Shown: one piece after another, positions 9,726 through 18,701 of the stretch
Layout of the letters: every line of letters starts with the position of its first letter
Position numbering within the stretch: position 1 is the stretch's first letter
Notes under the pieces: model-generated
Databases searched by the model: none
Seen by the model: only the letters and a program-made list of their open reading frames with translations
What the model was told of the DNA's origin: nothing
Program-made: the position numbers and the translations under genes
Origin: Frankiaceae bacterium
Lineage (GTDB): Bacteria; Actinomycetota; Actinomycetes; Mycobacteriales; SCTD01
Reading direction: 5' to 3'
Length of the DNA: 64,000 bases
Assembly (NCBI GenBank): GCA_016650445.1
Contig: JAENVS010000042.1
Coordinates: forward strand, 14,327-78,326

Positions 9726-9873
9726 GGTCCGTTGATGTGGACACAGAAGGTGTCGGCGGATTCGGACACCGGGCGCAGAGCCGAACGCAGCGGGCGTATG
9801 GCCAGGACTACCCACCTAGCGGCTGCTCGGAGGGGCTACTCGACACCTGGTCAGCCCGAGATGTCCCGACTTG

Positions 9874-10263
9874 TCAGTCGGTTCCGCCCGTCCATGCGAT
9901 CGCCTCGACCTCCACGAGCATCCGCGGGTCGAGGAGCGCCGCCACCTCGACCATCGACGTCGCCGGGCGGATGTCGCCGAAGACCTCGCCGTGCGCCCGG
10001 CCGACGTCCTGCCAGCGCGTGATGTCGGTGACGTACATCCTGGTGCGGACGACATGCCGGGGTTCCGCGCCGAGCCGCGCGAGCGCATCGATGACGCCCT
10101 GCAGCGCCAGGCGCGTCTGCTCGTACGGGTCCCCCACCGCGACGACCTCGCCCTCGACGGTGGCGGTGCAGCCGCTGACATAGACCGTGTCGCCTGCCCG
10201 CACCGCGCGGCTGTAGCCGATGACCGGCTCCCAGGGCGCCCCGGACGAGACCCGCTCCGTCAT
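9874..10263 (-). CDS. RidA/YjgF-family reactive-intermediate deaminase
   Basis: 129 aa taken from the C-terminal part of the listed 322-aa ORF ([29 protein letters not shown]...SMVEV). ATGA overlap with the priA stop. Confidence 0.85.
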   Translation of the reverse strand: MTERVSSGAPWEPVIGYSRAVRAGDTVYVSGCTATVEGEVVAVGDPYEQTRLALQGVIDALARLGAEPRHVVRTRMYVTDITRWQDVGRAHGEVFGDIRPATSMVEVAALLDPRMLVEVEAIAWTGGTD

Positions 10264-10979
10264 GCCGCCGCCGCCAGCGCCTCCGGCAACGTGAAGGCAC
10301 CGGCGTACAGCGCCTTGCCCACGATCGCGCCCTCGACACCGAGCGGCACCAAGGCGGCCAGCGCGCGCACATCGGCGAGCGAGCTGACGCCGCCGGAGGC
10401 CACGACGGGTCGGTCGGTGGCCCCGCACACCCTGCGCAGCAGGTCGAGGTTGGGTCCGGTCAGCGTGCCGTCGCGATGCACGTCTGTGACGACGTAGCGG
10501 GCGCAGCCGTCGGCATCGAGACGAGCGAGGACGTCGAAGAGCTCGCCGCCCTCCTTGGTCCAACCCCGCGCGGCGAGGGTGGTGCCTCGGACGTCGAGAC
10601 CGACCGCGATGCGGTCGCCGTGTGCGGCGATGGCGGAGCGCACCCAGTCCGGCGACTCGAGGGCCGCGGTGCCGAGGTTGACCCGCGCACATCCCGTCGC
10701 AAGCGCCGCCGCCAGCGTCTCGTCGTCGCGGATCCCCCCGGACAGCTCCACCCGTACGTCGAGCGCCCCGATGACCCGGGCGAGCAGCTCGCGGTTGGAG
10801 CCACGGCCGAAGGCTGCGTCCAGGTCGACGAGGTGAACCCACTGCGCGCCGTCACGCTGCCACTGCAGAGCGGCTTCGACCGGGTCGCCGTACGACGTCT
10901 CGCTGCCCGCCTCGCCCTGCACGAGCCGCACAGCCTGCCCGTCAGCGACATCGACAGCCGGGAGCAGCTGCAGCGTCAT
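10260..10979 (-). CDS. priA: Phosphoribosyl isomerase A (HisA/TrpF-type ProFAR isomerase)
   Basis: Trimmed to [22 protein letters not shown] (ATG at 10979). Carries HisA motifs (GGGIRD, ASGGV). The actinobacterial context suggests the bifunctional PriA type. Confidence 0.9.
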   Translation of the reverse strand: MTLQLLPAVDVADGQAVRLVQGEAGSETSYGDPVEAALQWQRDGAQWVHLVDLDAAFGRGSNRELLARVIGALDVRVELSGGIRDDETLAAALATGCARVNLGTAALESPDWVRSAIAAHGDRIAVGLDVRGTTLAARGWTKEGGELFDVLARLDADGCARYVVTDVHRDGTLTGPNLDLLRRVCGATDRPVVASGGVSSLADVRALAALVPLGVEGAIVGKALYAGAFTLPEALAAAA

Positions 10980-11296
10980 CTCTTCCCCTTCATCGGCATC
11001 AGCACGACCAGCAGCGGCAGCGCGAACAGCGACACGATCGCAAGACCCAGGCGGGTGCGAGGTTCGACGGTCACCTGCCAGAACACCCATTGCGCGACGA
11101 GCCAGCCGAAGGCCAACCCCAGCGTCACGCGCAGTGGCAGCGCACCGTAGCGCCGTCGGTGGCGCGGCAGCTCCGGCAGCGTCGGCTTCAGGGCGTCGAG
11201 CCGCTCCTGTCGGGCGCGCTTCTTCGCCGCCCGCTCGCGGGCAGCAGCCCGCTCGGCCTCACGCGCCGCCCGGGCCCTCGCCCGTTCCTTGCTCAT
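10976..11296 (-). CDS. Small membrane protein with highly basic N-terminus, unknown function
   Basis: 106 aa from the ATG at 11296. An Arg/Lys/Ala-rich helix ([33 protein letters not shown]) is followed by two TM segments. 4-nt overlap with the priA start; the gene begins 8 nt after the hisH stop. Confidence 0.55.
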   Translation of the reverse strand: MSKERARARAAREAERAAARERAAKKRARQERLDALKPTLPELPRHRRRYGALPLRVTLGLAFGWLVAQWVFWQVTVEPRTRLGLAIVSLFALPLLVVLMPMKGKR

Positions 11297-11303
11297 TGAG
11301 GGC

Positions 11304-11909
11304 TCACAGCGAGCGCAGCCAGTTCTCCAGGAAGGTGGCACCCGCGTCGCCGCTCTTCTCCGGGTGGAACTGCGTTGCCGACAGCGCCCCGCGCTCGACA
11401 GCCGCCGCGAACCGCTCTCCGTGCTCGGCGTAGGTCGTGCTCGCGCCCGGCGCATCGCGTGCGGCGTACGAGTGCACGAAGTAGAACCGCTCCCCCTCCA
11501 CCCCACGGAACAGCGGTGAGCCGGCTGGAGGGACAACGGTGTTCCACCCCATGTGCGGTACGACGGGTGCCTGGAGCCGGGTCACTTCGCCCGCCAGCAC
11601 GCCGAGCCCGGTCGTCTGCTCGCCGTGCTCGACGCCCTTCTCGAACAGCACCTGCATACCGACGCAGATGCCGAGGACCGGCCGGTCGCCCTGGAGCCGC
11701 TCGTGCACGACGCGGCCGCCACCGACGGCGTCGATCCCGGCCATGCAGGCGGCGAAGGCCCCGACGCCCGGCACGACCAGACCGTCGGCCGCTGCTGCCG
11801 CGTCAGGGTCAGCGGTGACCGTGACGGAAGCGCCGGCGCGCGCGAGCGCACGCTCGGCCGACCGCAGGTTGCCGGAGCCGTAGTCGAGGACGACGACCGT
11901 CTTGCTCAC
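11304..11909 (-). CDS. hisH: Imidazole glycerol phosphate synthase glutaminase subunit
   Basis: Trimmed to the GTG at 11909 (VSKTVVVLDYGSGNLRS). Catalytic GICVGMQ and the HSY..FHPEKS motifs are present. Confidence 0.9.
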   Translation of the reverse strand: MSKTVVVLDYGSGNLRSAERALARAGASVTVTADPDAAAAADGLVVPGVGAFAACMAGIDAVGGGRVVHERLQGDRPVLGICVGMQVLFEKGVEHGEQTTGLGVLAGEVTRLQAPVVPHMGWNTVVPPAGSPLFRGVEGERFYFVHSYAARDAPGASTTYAEHGERFAAAVERGALSATQFHPEKSGDAGATFLENWLRSL

Positions 11910-11922
11910 CGACACGCGGAGC

Positions 11923-12510
11923 TCACAGACTCCCCTTGGTGCTGGGAACGCCCACGACCCGGGAGTCGAGCGCGACCGCGTCACGCATCGCGCGGGCCAC
12001 GGCCTTGAACTGCGCCTCGACGACGTGGTGCGCGTTGCGGCCGGACAGCACGCGAACGTGCAGGCAGATGTCGGCGGTGGCGACGATCGACTCCCAGATG
12101 TGCCGGGTCAGCGTCGTGTCGTAGGAGCCGATGAGCTCGACGATGTCGGGCTCGTCGTGCACGAGGTAGGGCCGTCCGGACAGGTCGACTGCCGCCTGCA
12201 CCAGGCACTCGTCGAGCGGCACGAGAGCGTCACCGAACCGGCGGATGCCGGCCTTGTCGCCGAGGGCCTCCTTCAACGCCTGCCCGATCGCGAGCGAGGT
12301 GTCCTCGACCGTGTGGTGGGCGTCGACCTCGAGGTCGCCCTTGGTCACGACGGTCAGGTCGAATCCGCCGTGCTTGCCGAGCTGACCGACCATGTGGTCG
12401 AAGAACGGCACGCCGGTGTCGGACGACGCCTGCCCGGTGCCGTCGAGCTCGAGCTCGACCCGGACGTCGCTCTCCTTCGTGGTGCGCTCGACGACGGCTC
12501 GGCGGCTCAT
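11923..12510 (-). CDS. hisB: Imidazoleglycerol-phosphate dehydratase
   Basis: 195 aa taken from the C-terminal part of the 425-aa ORF ([22 protein letters not shown]). ATGA overlap with the hisC stop. Confidence 0.92.
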   Translation of the reverse strand: MSRRAVVERTTKESDVRVELELDGTGQASSDTGVPFFDHMVGQLGKHGGFDLTVVTKGDLEVDAHHTVEDTSLAIGQALKEALGDKAGIRRFGDALVPLDECLVQAAVDLSGRPYLVHDEPDIVELIGSYDTTLTRHIWESIVATADICLHVRVLSGRNAHHVVEAQFKAVARAMRDAVALDSRVVGVPSTKGSL

Positions 12511-13601
12511 GGGCTGACCTTCCCCAGTGCGGACAGGAACGCGGTGGTCTCGCCCTTCGTGCCGGCGTTGACCCGCAGCCAGCCTGCCAGGCCCGGCCCC
12601 GAGGACACGTCGCGCACAAGGACGCCCTGGTCGAGGAGCCGCTGCCACACGGCCGCAGGGTCGTCGAAAGGCCCGAACAGCATGAAGTTGGCGTCGGTCG
12701 GGACGACCGTGAGTCCGAGAGCCGCGATCTCGCGGACCATCCGGTCGCGCTGCGCCTTGACGAGCTCGACGGTGGCGAGCAGCTCGTTGACCCGCGCCAG
12801 CGCGATTCGCGCCACGACCTGCGTGATCGCCGACAGGTGGTAGGGCAGCCGCACCAGCCGTACGGCGTCGACGACGGCGGGCGACGCCGCGAGGTAGCCG
12901 ACGCGGGCGCCCGCGAGCGCGAAGGCCTTGCTCATGGTGCGGCTCACGATGAGCCGCGGGTAGCACTCCAGCAGGGTCACCGCGGACGGCCCGGCAGCGA
13001 ACTCCGCGTAGGCCTCGTCGACCACGACCATCCCGGGCGCCACGTCGCAGATCGCCGCGATGACCTCGAGAGAGGTGACGGTGCCGGTGGGGTTGTTCGG
13101 CGTCGTCACGAAGACGACGTCGGGACGGTGCTGCTCGACGGCCGCCACGGCGACGTCGGCCGTCAGCGTGAAGTCGCCGAGACGAGGTACACCGACCCAC
13201 GCCGTGCCCGTGCCGGCGGCGAGGATCGGGTGCATCGAGTACGACGGCTCGAACCCGAGCGCGGTGCGTCCCGGTCCGCCGAACGCCTGCAGCACCTGCT
13301 GCAGCACCTCGTTCGACCCGTTGGCCGCCCAGAGCTGCTCGCCCGTGAGCGCGACGCCGGTCCGGTCGCTGAGGTAGTACGCAAGCGAGGCGCGCAGGTG
13401 CACCGCATCGCGATCGGGGTAGCGGTTGAGCGCGAGCCCGGCCTCACCGATCGCCCGCTGCAGGTCGGCCACCAGGGCGGCCGGCGGCGGGTACGGGTTC
13501 TCGTTGACGTTGAGCTGGATCACGTCGGTGATCTGTGGCGCGCCGTACGGCGTCTTGCCTCGCAGGTCGTCGCGGACGGGCAGCTCGCCCAGCCCGGTCA
13601 C
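12507..13601 (-). CDS. hisC: Histidinol-phosphate aminotransferase
   Basis: 364 aa class-II aminotransferase ([17 protein letters not shown] with the PLP lysine). Overlaps the hisD stop. Confidence 0.92.
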   Translation of the reverse strand: MTGLGELPVRDDLRGKTPYGAPQITDVIQLNVNENPYPPPAALVADLQRAIGEAGLALNRYPDRDAVHLRASLAYYLSDRTGVALTGEQLWAANGSNEVLQQVLQAFGGPGRTALGFEPSYSMHPILAAGTGTAWVGVPRLGDFTLTADVAVAAVEQHRPDVVFVTTPNNPTGTVTSLEVIAAICDVAPGMVVVDEAYAEFAAGPSAVTLLECYPRLIVSRTMSKAFALAGARVGYLAASPAVVDAVRLVRLPYHLSAITQVVARIALARVNELLATVELVKAQRDRMVREIAALGLTVVPTDANFMLFGPFDDPAAVWQRLLDQGVLVRDVSSGPGLAGWLRVNAGTKGETTAFLSALGKVSP

Positions 13602-14881
13602 CGGATCCTTGCCTGCACTGCCTCGACGTGCGCGGCAAGGTCCTCGGCACCGCCGAGCGCCGAGACGTGCGGTGCGACCGCGGCCAGCGCCGCGGCGGAG
13701 TACTCGATGAGGGACATCCGCTTGAGGAAGGACTGCGTGGACAGCCCGCTGCTGAACCGCGCCGTACCGCCCGTCGGAAGGACGTGGTTCGACCCCGCGA
13801 GGTAGTCGCCGAGGCTGACCGGCGTCGCGCTGCCGACGAACACGGCGCCGGCGTTGCGCACCCGCAGCGCCCGCTCGCGCGCGTCGGCAGTCATGACCTC
13901 GAGGTGCTCTGCCGCCCAGGCGTCGACCACTTCGAGGCCGTGGTCGAGGTCGTCGACCAGCACGTACGCCGACTGCCCGGCGAGCGCGGTCTCGACGCGC
14001 TCCCGGTGGCGCGTCGCGGCGACCTGCTTGTCGAGCTCGACGTCGACCCGGTCGAGCAGGTCGGTGCTCGGTGTCACGAGCAGGCAGGCCGCCAACTCAT
14101 CGTGCTCAGCCTGCGCCACCAGATCGGCAGCGACGAACGCCGGGTCCGCGGTGTCGTCCGCGAGGATGGCGATCTCCGTCGGTCCCGCTTCGGAGTCAAT
14201 CCCTACATGACCCTGAACGATCCGCTTGGCGGCAGCGACGTGCACTCGGCCGGGTCCAGTGACGATGTCCACCGGGGGGCAGCCCTCCACGCCGTACGCG
14301 AACATCGCGATCGCCTGCGCCCCGCCGACGGCGTACACCTCATCCACGCCGAGCAACGCGCACGCCGCGAGCACAACTGGGTGGGGCAGTCCGTTCTGCT
14401 TAGGCGGACTCGACACCGCCAAGCTCGTCACACCGGCAACCTGAGCGGGCACGACGTTCATGACCACACTGCTCGGATAGGCGATCAGCCAGCTGGGGAC
14501 GTAGAGCCCAACCCGCTGGACGGGAACCCACCTCTCGGTGACCGTGGCGCCGTCGACCACGTCGACGACCACGTCGGAGCGCAGCTGCGCGGTGCAGACC
14601 CGGCGTAGCCGGTCGGCCGCCTCCTCGAGCGCGGCGCGCACCGCCGGGTCGAGCTCGTCGAGCGCTGCGGTGAGCGCCGCCTGCGGCACCCGCAGCGCGT
14701 CCAGGCGCACGCCGTCGTACTTCTCCGTGGCGGCAAGGACAGCCGCGACGCCGCGGGCTCGCACGTCGTCGACGACGGGACGCACCTGCTCCACGGCCAC
14801 CGCGACGTCGAGGCGGGCGCGGGGAAGCAGGTCCCGCGGGTCGCTGTCCCTGCGACCGCGCAGGTCGATGCGGGTCAGCAC
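13598..14881 (-). CDS. hisD: Histidinol dehydrogenase
   Basis: 427 aa with HisD motifs (GPTE, AQAEHD, GDY.AG.NHVLPT). Confidence 0.93.
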   Translation of the reverse strand: MLTRIDLRGRRDSDPRDLLPRARLDVAVAVEQVRPVVDDVRARGVAAVLAATEKYDGVRLDALRVPQAALTAALDELDPAVRAALEEAADRLRRVCTAQLRSDVVVDVVDGATVTERWVPVQRVGLYVPSWLIAYPSSVVMNVVPAQVAGVTSLAVSSPPKQNGLPHPVVLAACALLGVDEVYAVGGAQAIAMFAYGVEGCPPVDIVTGPGRVHVAAAKRIVQGHVGIDSEAGPTEIAILADDTADPAFVAADLVAQAEHDELAACLLVTPSTDLLDRVDVELDKQVAATRHRERVETALAGQSAYVLVDDLDHGLEVVDAWAAEHLEVMTADARERALRVRNAGAVFVGSATPVSLGDYLAGSNHVLPTGGTARFSSGLSTQSFLKRMSLIEYSAAALAAVAPHVSALGGAEDLAAHVEAVQARIR

Positions 14882-14932
14882 GGGACGCTCCTCAGCGGGG
14901 ACGGCAGATGCCGAGAGCCTACCGGCGGCGGC

Positions 14933-16762
14933 TCAGCGCACGGGGAGCTCGATCCGGCTCGGAGCGGTCCGGCTTCCGATCGCCACGAGCAGGTCGCCGC
15001 TGGTGCCGTTCGCGTTGGCGACGACGGTCAACCGCAGGCGGTGGCCGGCCGGCACGGTCACGTCGACCGCGCTCAGATCGATGGCGTGGTCCACGAACGT
15101 GGTCCCGGACGACCAGCTGCCCGCCTCGAGCTGGCCGTCGGCCAGTGCGCTGCAGCTGCCCGCGGACGTGCAGTCCTCGAGCCGGATCTGCACCCGCCCG
15201 TTGCCCTTCGCGGCGGCCAGCCGGCTCCAGAGGGTCACCGACGGCACCCCCACGAGCCGAAGAGGTGCATCCAGCGAGCGGGTCAGCACCAGCCGCTCGC
15301 GGGCGGAGGTGGCGTCCAGACCGCTCTTGGTCGGCACCAGGCTGCGACCGGGGCGGCCGTCCCGGTCGGTATCGGGCGGCGGGCCGCCCTGGGTCGGCGC
15401 CGTCGTCGCCAGGGTGTTGCCAGGGCCGGCCGTGAACCAGTAGGTGCTGGCCGGTCGGGCCGCGACCCGCGTCGGGCTGCTCGACGGCCGGGGCGCCGCA
15501 GCGGTCGGGCCGGGTGCAGCAAGGGTGGATGCCGCCGCCGTCCGGAGCGCGCTGGCCGTCGGCGACGCGGCCGGTGCGGCCGACTCCGTGGGTGAGGCGG
15601 ACGACACGCCGGGAGCCGGCGTGGCCTGCACCGACGGCGCGGACGCCCCCGCGTCGACACCGGACGGTGCGGCAGTCGACGGGGCTGCCGACGCCGGCGG
15701 CGCGATCGTCCCGACGATCGCCAAACCCCCCACGCCGAGACCGGCGGCCGCCAGCCGCGCCGCCTCACCGCCCCGGCCGAGGAGCAAGGGGACCTCGGCG
15801 AACCAGGTCAGCGGACCCAGCACCCAGCGCAACTTGCCGAGCGAGATGGACAGGAAGACGCGCACGACATGCGGGTCGAACTGCGACCCCGCGCACGCCG
15901 TCAGCTCCGCCCTTGCCAACGATGCCGACCGCGTCCGGCTGTACGAGCGCGCGGACGTCATGACCTCGTAGGAGTCGGCCACGGAGAGGATGCGCGCCGA
16001 CAGCGCGATCTCCTCGCCCGCGAAGCCGTTGGGGTATCCGAGGCCGTCCCAGCGCTCATGGTGCTCACCGATGGCACGGCCCCAATCACCGAGCCACGGC
16101 ATCAGCCCGGCTGCCAGCCGGACCCCCTCGTCGGGATGGCGACGGACCGTCTCCCACTCGTCGTCATCGAGGGCGTCCGACTTGCACAGAACCGCAGCCG
16201 GCACGGACAGCTTGCCGAGGTCGTGGACGAGTGCCGCCCAGCGGGCGCGTCCCCTCTCCTCGTCGGACAGGCCCATCTCATCTGTCAGCAGGTCGACGTA
16301 GGCCCGCACCCGTTCGGAGTGTCCGCGGGTCCGCTTGTCGTGCAGTCCGAGAACGCCGACCATCGTGACGAGCGTCTCGGCCGCTTCGAGAGGCGGCGTC
16401 GTCGCGCCGTGAGCACGCAGCCGGGCCAATCGGCTCTCCAGGTCGCGGACGCTCGCAGTACGGAGCGTGCGCAGCCGCGAGGGCGCGTGATCGGGGAAGA
16501 CCAGGGACAGCTCGAGCAGGACCGCGAGCGGCAGCACCCGGCGGGCCACCCGGTCGCTGAGATACAGCACCAGGCTCGAGAGACCGAAGATCGCCAGCCA
16601 CCAGCCCAGCCTGGCGAGCCGGGTGTCGCCCGCGGGCAGCAGGCGGCCGGCAAGGATGGCGGTGAGCACCGACAGGATCAGCGGGACGAGCACGACGGCG
16701 AGACGGACCAGCCCGGCCAGGACCGGGTGGGCGGCCCATCGGTCAGTCCGGCGGTCAACCAC
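14933..16762 (-). CDS. Membrane-bound HD-GYP domain protein (putative c-di-GMP phosphodiesterase) with extra C-terminal domain
   Basis: 609 aa. About three N-terminal TM segments. HD-GYP core reads HSERV..LVHDLGK..HHERWDGLGYP. Further hydrophobic segments follow, then an Ala/Pro/Ser linker and a C-terminal domain of about 170 aa of unknown type. Confidence 0.85.
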   Translation of the reverse strand: MVDRRTDRWAAHPVLAGLVRLAVVLVPLILSVLTAILAGRLLPAGDTRLARLGWWLAIFGLSSLVLYLSDRVARRVLPLAVLLELSLVFPDHAPSRLRTLRTASVRDLESRLARLRAHGATTPPLEAAETLVTMVGVLGLHDKRTRGHSERVRAYVDLLTDEMGLSDEERGRARWAALVHDLGKLSVPAAVLCKSDALDDDEWETVRRHPDEGVRLAAGLMPWLGDWGRAIGEHHERWDGLGYPNGFAGEEIALSARILSVADSYEVMTSARSYSRTRSASLARAELTACAGSQFDPHVVRVFLSISLGKLRWVLGPLTWFAEVPLLLGRGGEAARLAAAGLGVGGLAIVGTIAPPASAAPSTAAPSGVDAGASAPSVQATPAPGVSSASPTESAAPAASPTASALRTAAASTLAAPGPTAAAPRPSSSPTRVAARPASTYWFTAGPGNTLATTAPTQGGPPPDTDRDGRPGRSLVPTKSGLDATSARERLVLTRSLDAPLRLVGVPSVTLWSRLAAAKGNGRVQIRLEDCTSAGSCSALADGQLEAGSWSSGTTFVDHAIDLSAVDVTVPAGHRLRLTVVANANGTSGDLLVAIGSRTAPSRIELPVR

Positions 16763-16791
16763 CGCGCTCCTCCCCGTGCTGCCAGCCCGAA

Positions 16792-17355
16792 TCAGCGAAG
16801 CTCGTCCACGCGGCTCGCGACCAGCGTGGTGAAGGCCGCCATCGCACCGAGCGGCCAGACGACGATGGCCGCCTTTGCCTGCAGGGCGACGTTGCCGACG
16901 TAGTCACCGTCCGCACCACCGCGGACCGCCGCGAGCAGAGCGTCCTGCCCCACTCGCAACCCGACCCGCGACGCGACGAGCGCCGCGAGTGCCCCGCCGA
17001 CGGCCAGCCCGACGACCACGAACGGCCCGGACCCGCGGGCAGCGAGCCAGCCGAGAACGCCCGTGAGGATGCCGGCCAGCAGCGTGATGCCCACGAACCA
17101 CCCGTCGCCGGCGATGAACACCTCGGTCTGCGCGTCAGCGATGAAGCCCTCCCCGCCGGCGACCACCACGCGCGCGTGCGGCGCCAGGGCCGACCAGAGC
17201 AGACCGGTGGGAGCACCGAGCAGCACGACCACGGCCGCGGTCAGCAGACCCGTGAGGGTGTCCTCCCGCCATCGGGAGGGCACCGGCGCCCAGGCACCGA
17301 ACGGCAGCACGGACACACCGGCAGTACGCCGCTCGTCGGGTGGGGACCAGGTCAC
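16792..17355 (-). CDS. Integral membrane protein, unknown function
   Basis: The C-terminal 187 aa of the 303-aa ORF are hydrophobic (about four TM segments). Start set at the GTG at 17355; the start is uncertain. Confidence 0.5.
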   Translation of the reverse strand: MTWSPPDERRTAGVSVLPFGAWAPVPSRWREDTLTGLLTAAVVVLLGAPTGLLWSALAPHARVVVAGGEGFIADAQTEVFIAGDGWFVGITLLAGILTGVLGWLAARGSGPFVVVGLAVGGALAALVASRVGLRVGQDALLAAVRGGADGDYVGNVALQAKAAIVVWPLGAMAAFTTLVASRVDELR

Positions 17356-17449
17356 CGCAACAGTCTGCCCGCTCCGCCGAGCGGCACCCCGCGGGACGCC
17401 ACGGCCGCGGTTTGCACCCGCGGACCGGCTGTCGCCGTACCCTCGCCGC

Positions 17450-18058
17450 GTGCGCGTCCTGGGGGTCCTTGTGCTGCTCGTGCTGACCGCGTGCAGCGGC
17501 GGCTCGACGCCGGGGGGCGACCCGGCCCCGTCCACCTCGGCGACGGCGAGCCCGATCGCCGTCGACATCGTCCTTCCGGCCGACCCGCTGCGCGACCTCG
17601 TTCCGCGCACGACCGACCTGCCACCGGGCCTCGTCGCTATCCTCGCCGGCTCGGGCCCTCGCGACGCCCACGCGATCGCGGCGTACTCCGCCGACCCCAC
17701 CAAGGCCGGCGTACTGCTCGAGCAGCACGGCTTCCGCAGCGCCTACGTCGCGCAGTACGCCGACCCGGCCAGCGGACGCGTGCTCTCGGTCGTCGTCAGC
17801 CGCTTCTCCACCGCCGCCGGCGCCTCCGCCGACCTCGACGCCGACCTCGGCGCCTCGACCGGAGAGCAGGTGAAGGCGGCGACGGTCGGTGAGAAGTCCG
17901 ACGTACGCCGGCAGCCGCTGCCGGGCGGCAAGGGCGAGCTCGTCACCGTGCGGTTCGGCAAGGGCGCGACCACCTGGCTGGTGGCGTACGGCGCCAACCC
18001 GGAGGCCGACGAGAAGGTCGCAATCGACCTGGCTACGACACTGGCCTCCCGCGCCTGA
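17450..18058 (+). CDS. Putative lipoprotein, unknown function
   Basis: The in-frame GTG at 17450 gives VRVLGVLVLLVLTAC with a lipobox (LTAC). The upstream part of the listed 331-aa ORF is Arg/Pro-rich antisense noise. Confidence 0.6.
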   Translation: MRVLGVLVLLVLTACSGGSTPGGDPAPSTSATASPIAVDIVLPADPLRDLVPRTTDLPPGLVAILAGSGPRDAHAIAAYSADPTKAGVLLEQHGFRSAYVAQYADPASGRVLSVVVSRFSTAAGASADLDADLGASTGEQVKAATVGEKSDVRRQPLPGGKGELVTVRFGKGATTWLVAYGANPEADEKVAIDLATTLASRA

Positions 18059-18694
18059 TCAATGCCAGGCGTCGGCAGTGCGCCAGACCAGGATGTCGAG
18101 GATGCGCAGGCGCGTCAGCAGCGCACCCGCGTCACCGGCAACGCCGATGAGCTCGTCGAAGGCCTCGGACTCGGCCTGCAGGTCGGCCCGCATCTGCTGG
18201 CACAGCAGGGCCATGAACTCGCGCCAGGACCGGTGCGTCGAGCGCTCGATCCCCCCCGGAGCCGTGTAGCTCTCGAAGATGCGCGAGTCGTAGAGCGGCA
18301 CGAGGTCGGGGCGCTTGCGGTGCAGGACCTTGCTGATGATGGTGCCGCGCACGCCCTTGCCGGCGTACGGCGCCTGGTCGAGCACCGCGAACAGGTCGGC
18401 CACCTGCTCGACGAGCGCGTCGTCGGCCGACTCGAGCGGCACCGGCGGCAGCGCGGCGATGCCGTTGAGAGCCGGGAGCATCTCGCGCAGCAGCGCGAAC
18501 CGTCCGCGGTCGACCTCTGCCCCGATCAGCGCCGGCGCCAGCAGGTCGCCGTCGACGAGCTTGGCGCTGCCGTTGGTGACGAGCCGGTCGTACGACGGGA
18601 AGGCGTAGCCGTTGCGGACGTCGACGTAGTCGCGCAGCACCTCGTCGGGGTGGTCGACGAGCAGCGTCCCCGCGCAGAGCCGCATCGGAAGCAT
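18059..18694 (-). CDS. Conserved hypothetical protein (DUF6308-like, from memory)
   Basis: 211 aa. Contains the motif SKVLHRKRPDLVPLYD. The start lies 7 nt after the dnaE stop on the same strand. No catalytic motif is recognised. Confidence 0.6.
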   Translation of the reverse strand: MLPMRLCAGTLLVDHPDEVLRDYVDVRNGYAFPSYDRLVTNGSAKLVDGDLLAPALIGAEVDRGRFALLREMLPALNGIAALPPVPLESADDALVEQVADLFAVLDQAPYAGKGVRGTIISKVLHRKRPDLVPLYDSRIFESYTAPGGIERSTHRSWREFMALLCQQMRADLQAESEAFDELIGVAGDAGALLTRLRILDILVWRTADAWH

Positions 18695-18701
18695 CAGGAC
18701 C

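Noticed and set aside
9563-9769. Longer 204-aa version of the small secreted protein starting at 9769
   Set aside because: The extra 69 codons lack a signal peptide, are Arg/Gly/Pro-rich and overlap the riboswitch-like leader. The ATG at 9562 yields a proper signal peptide.
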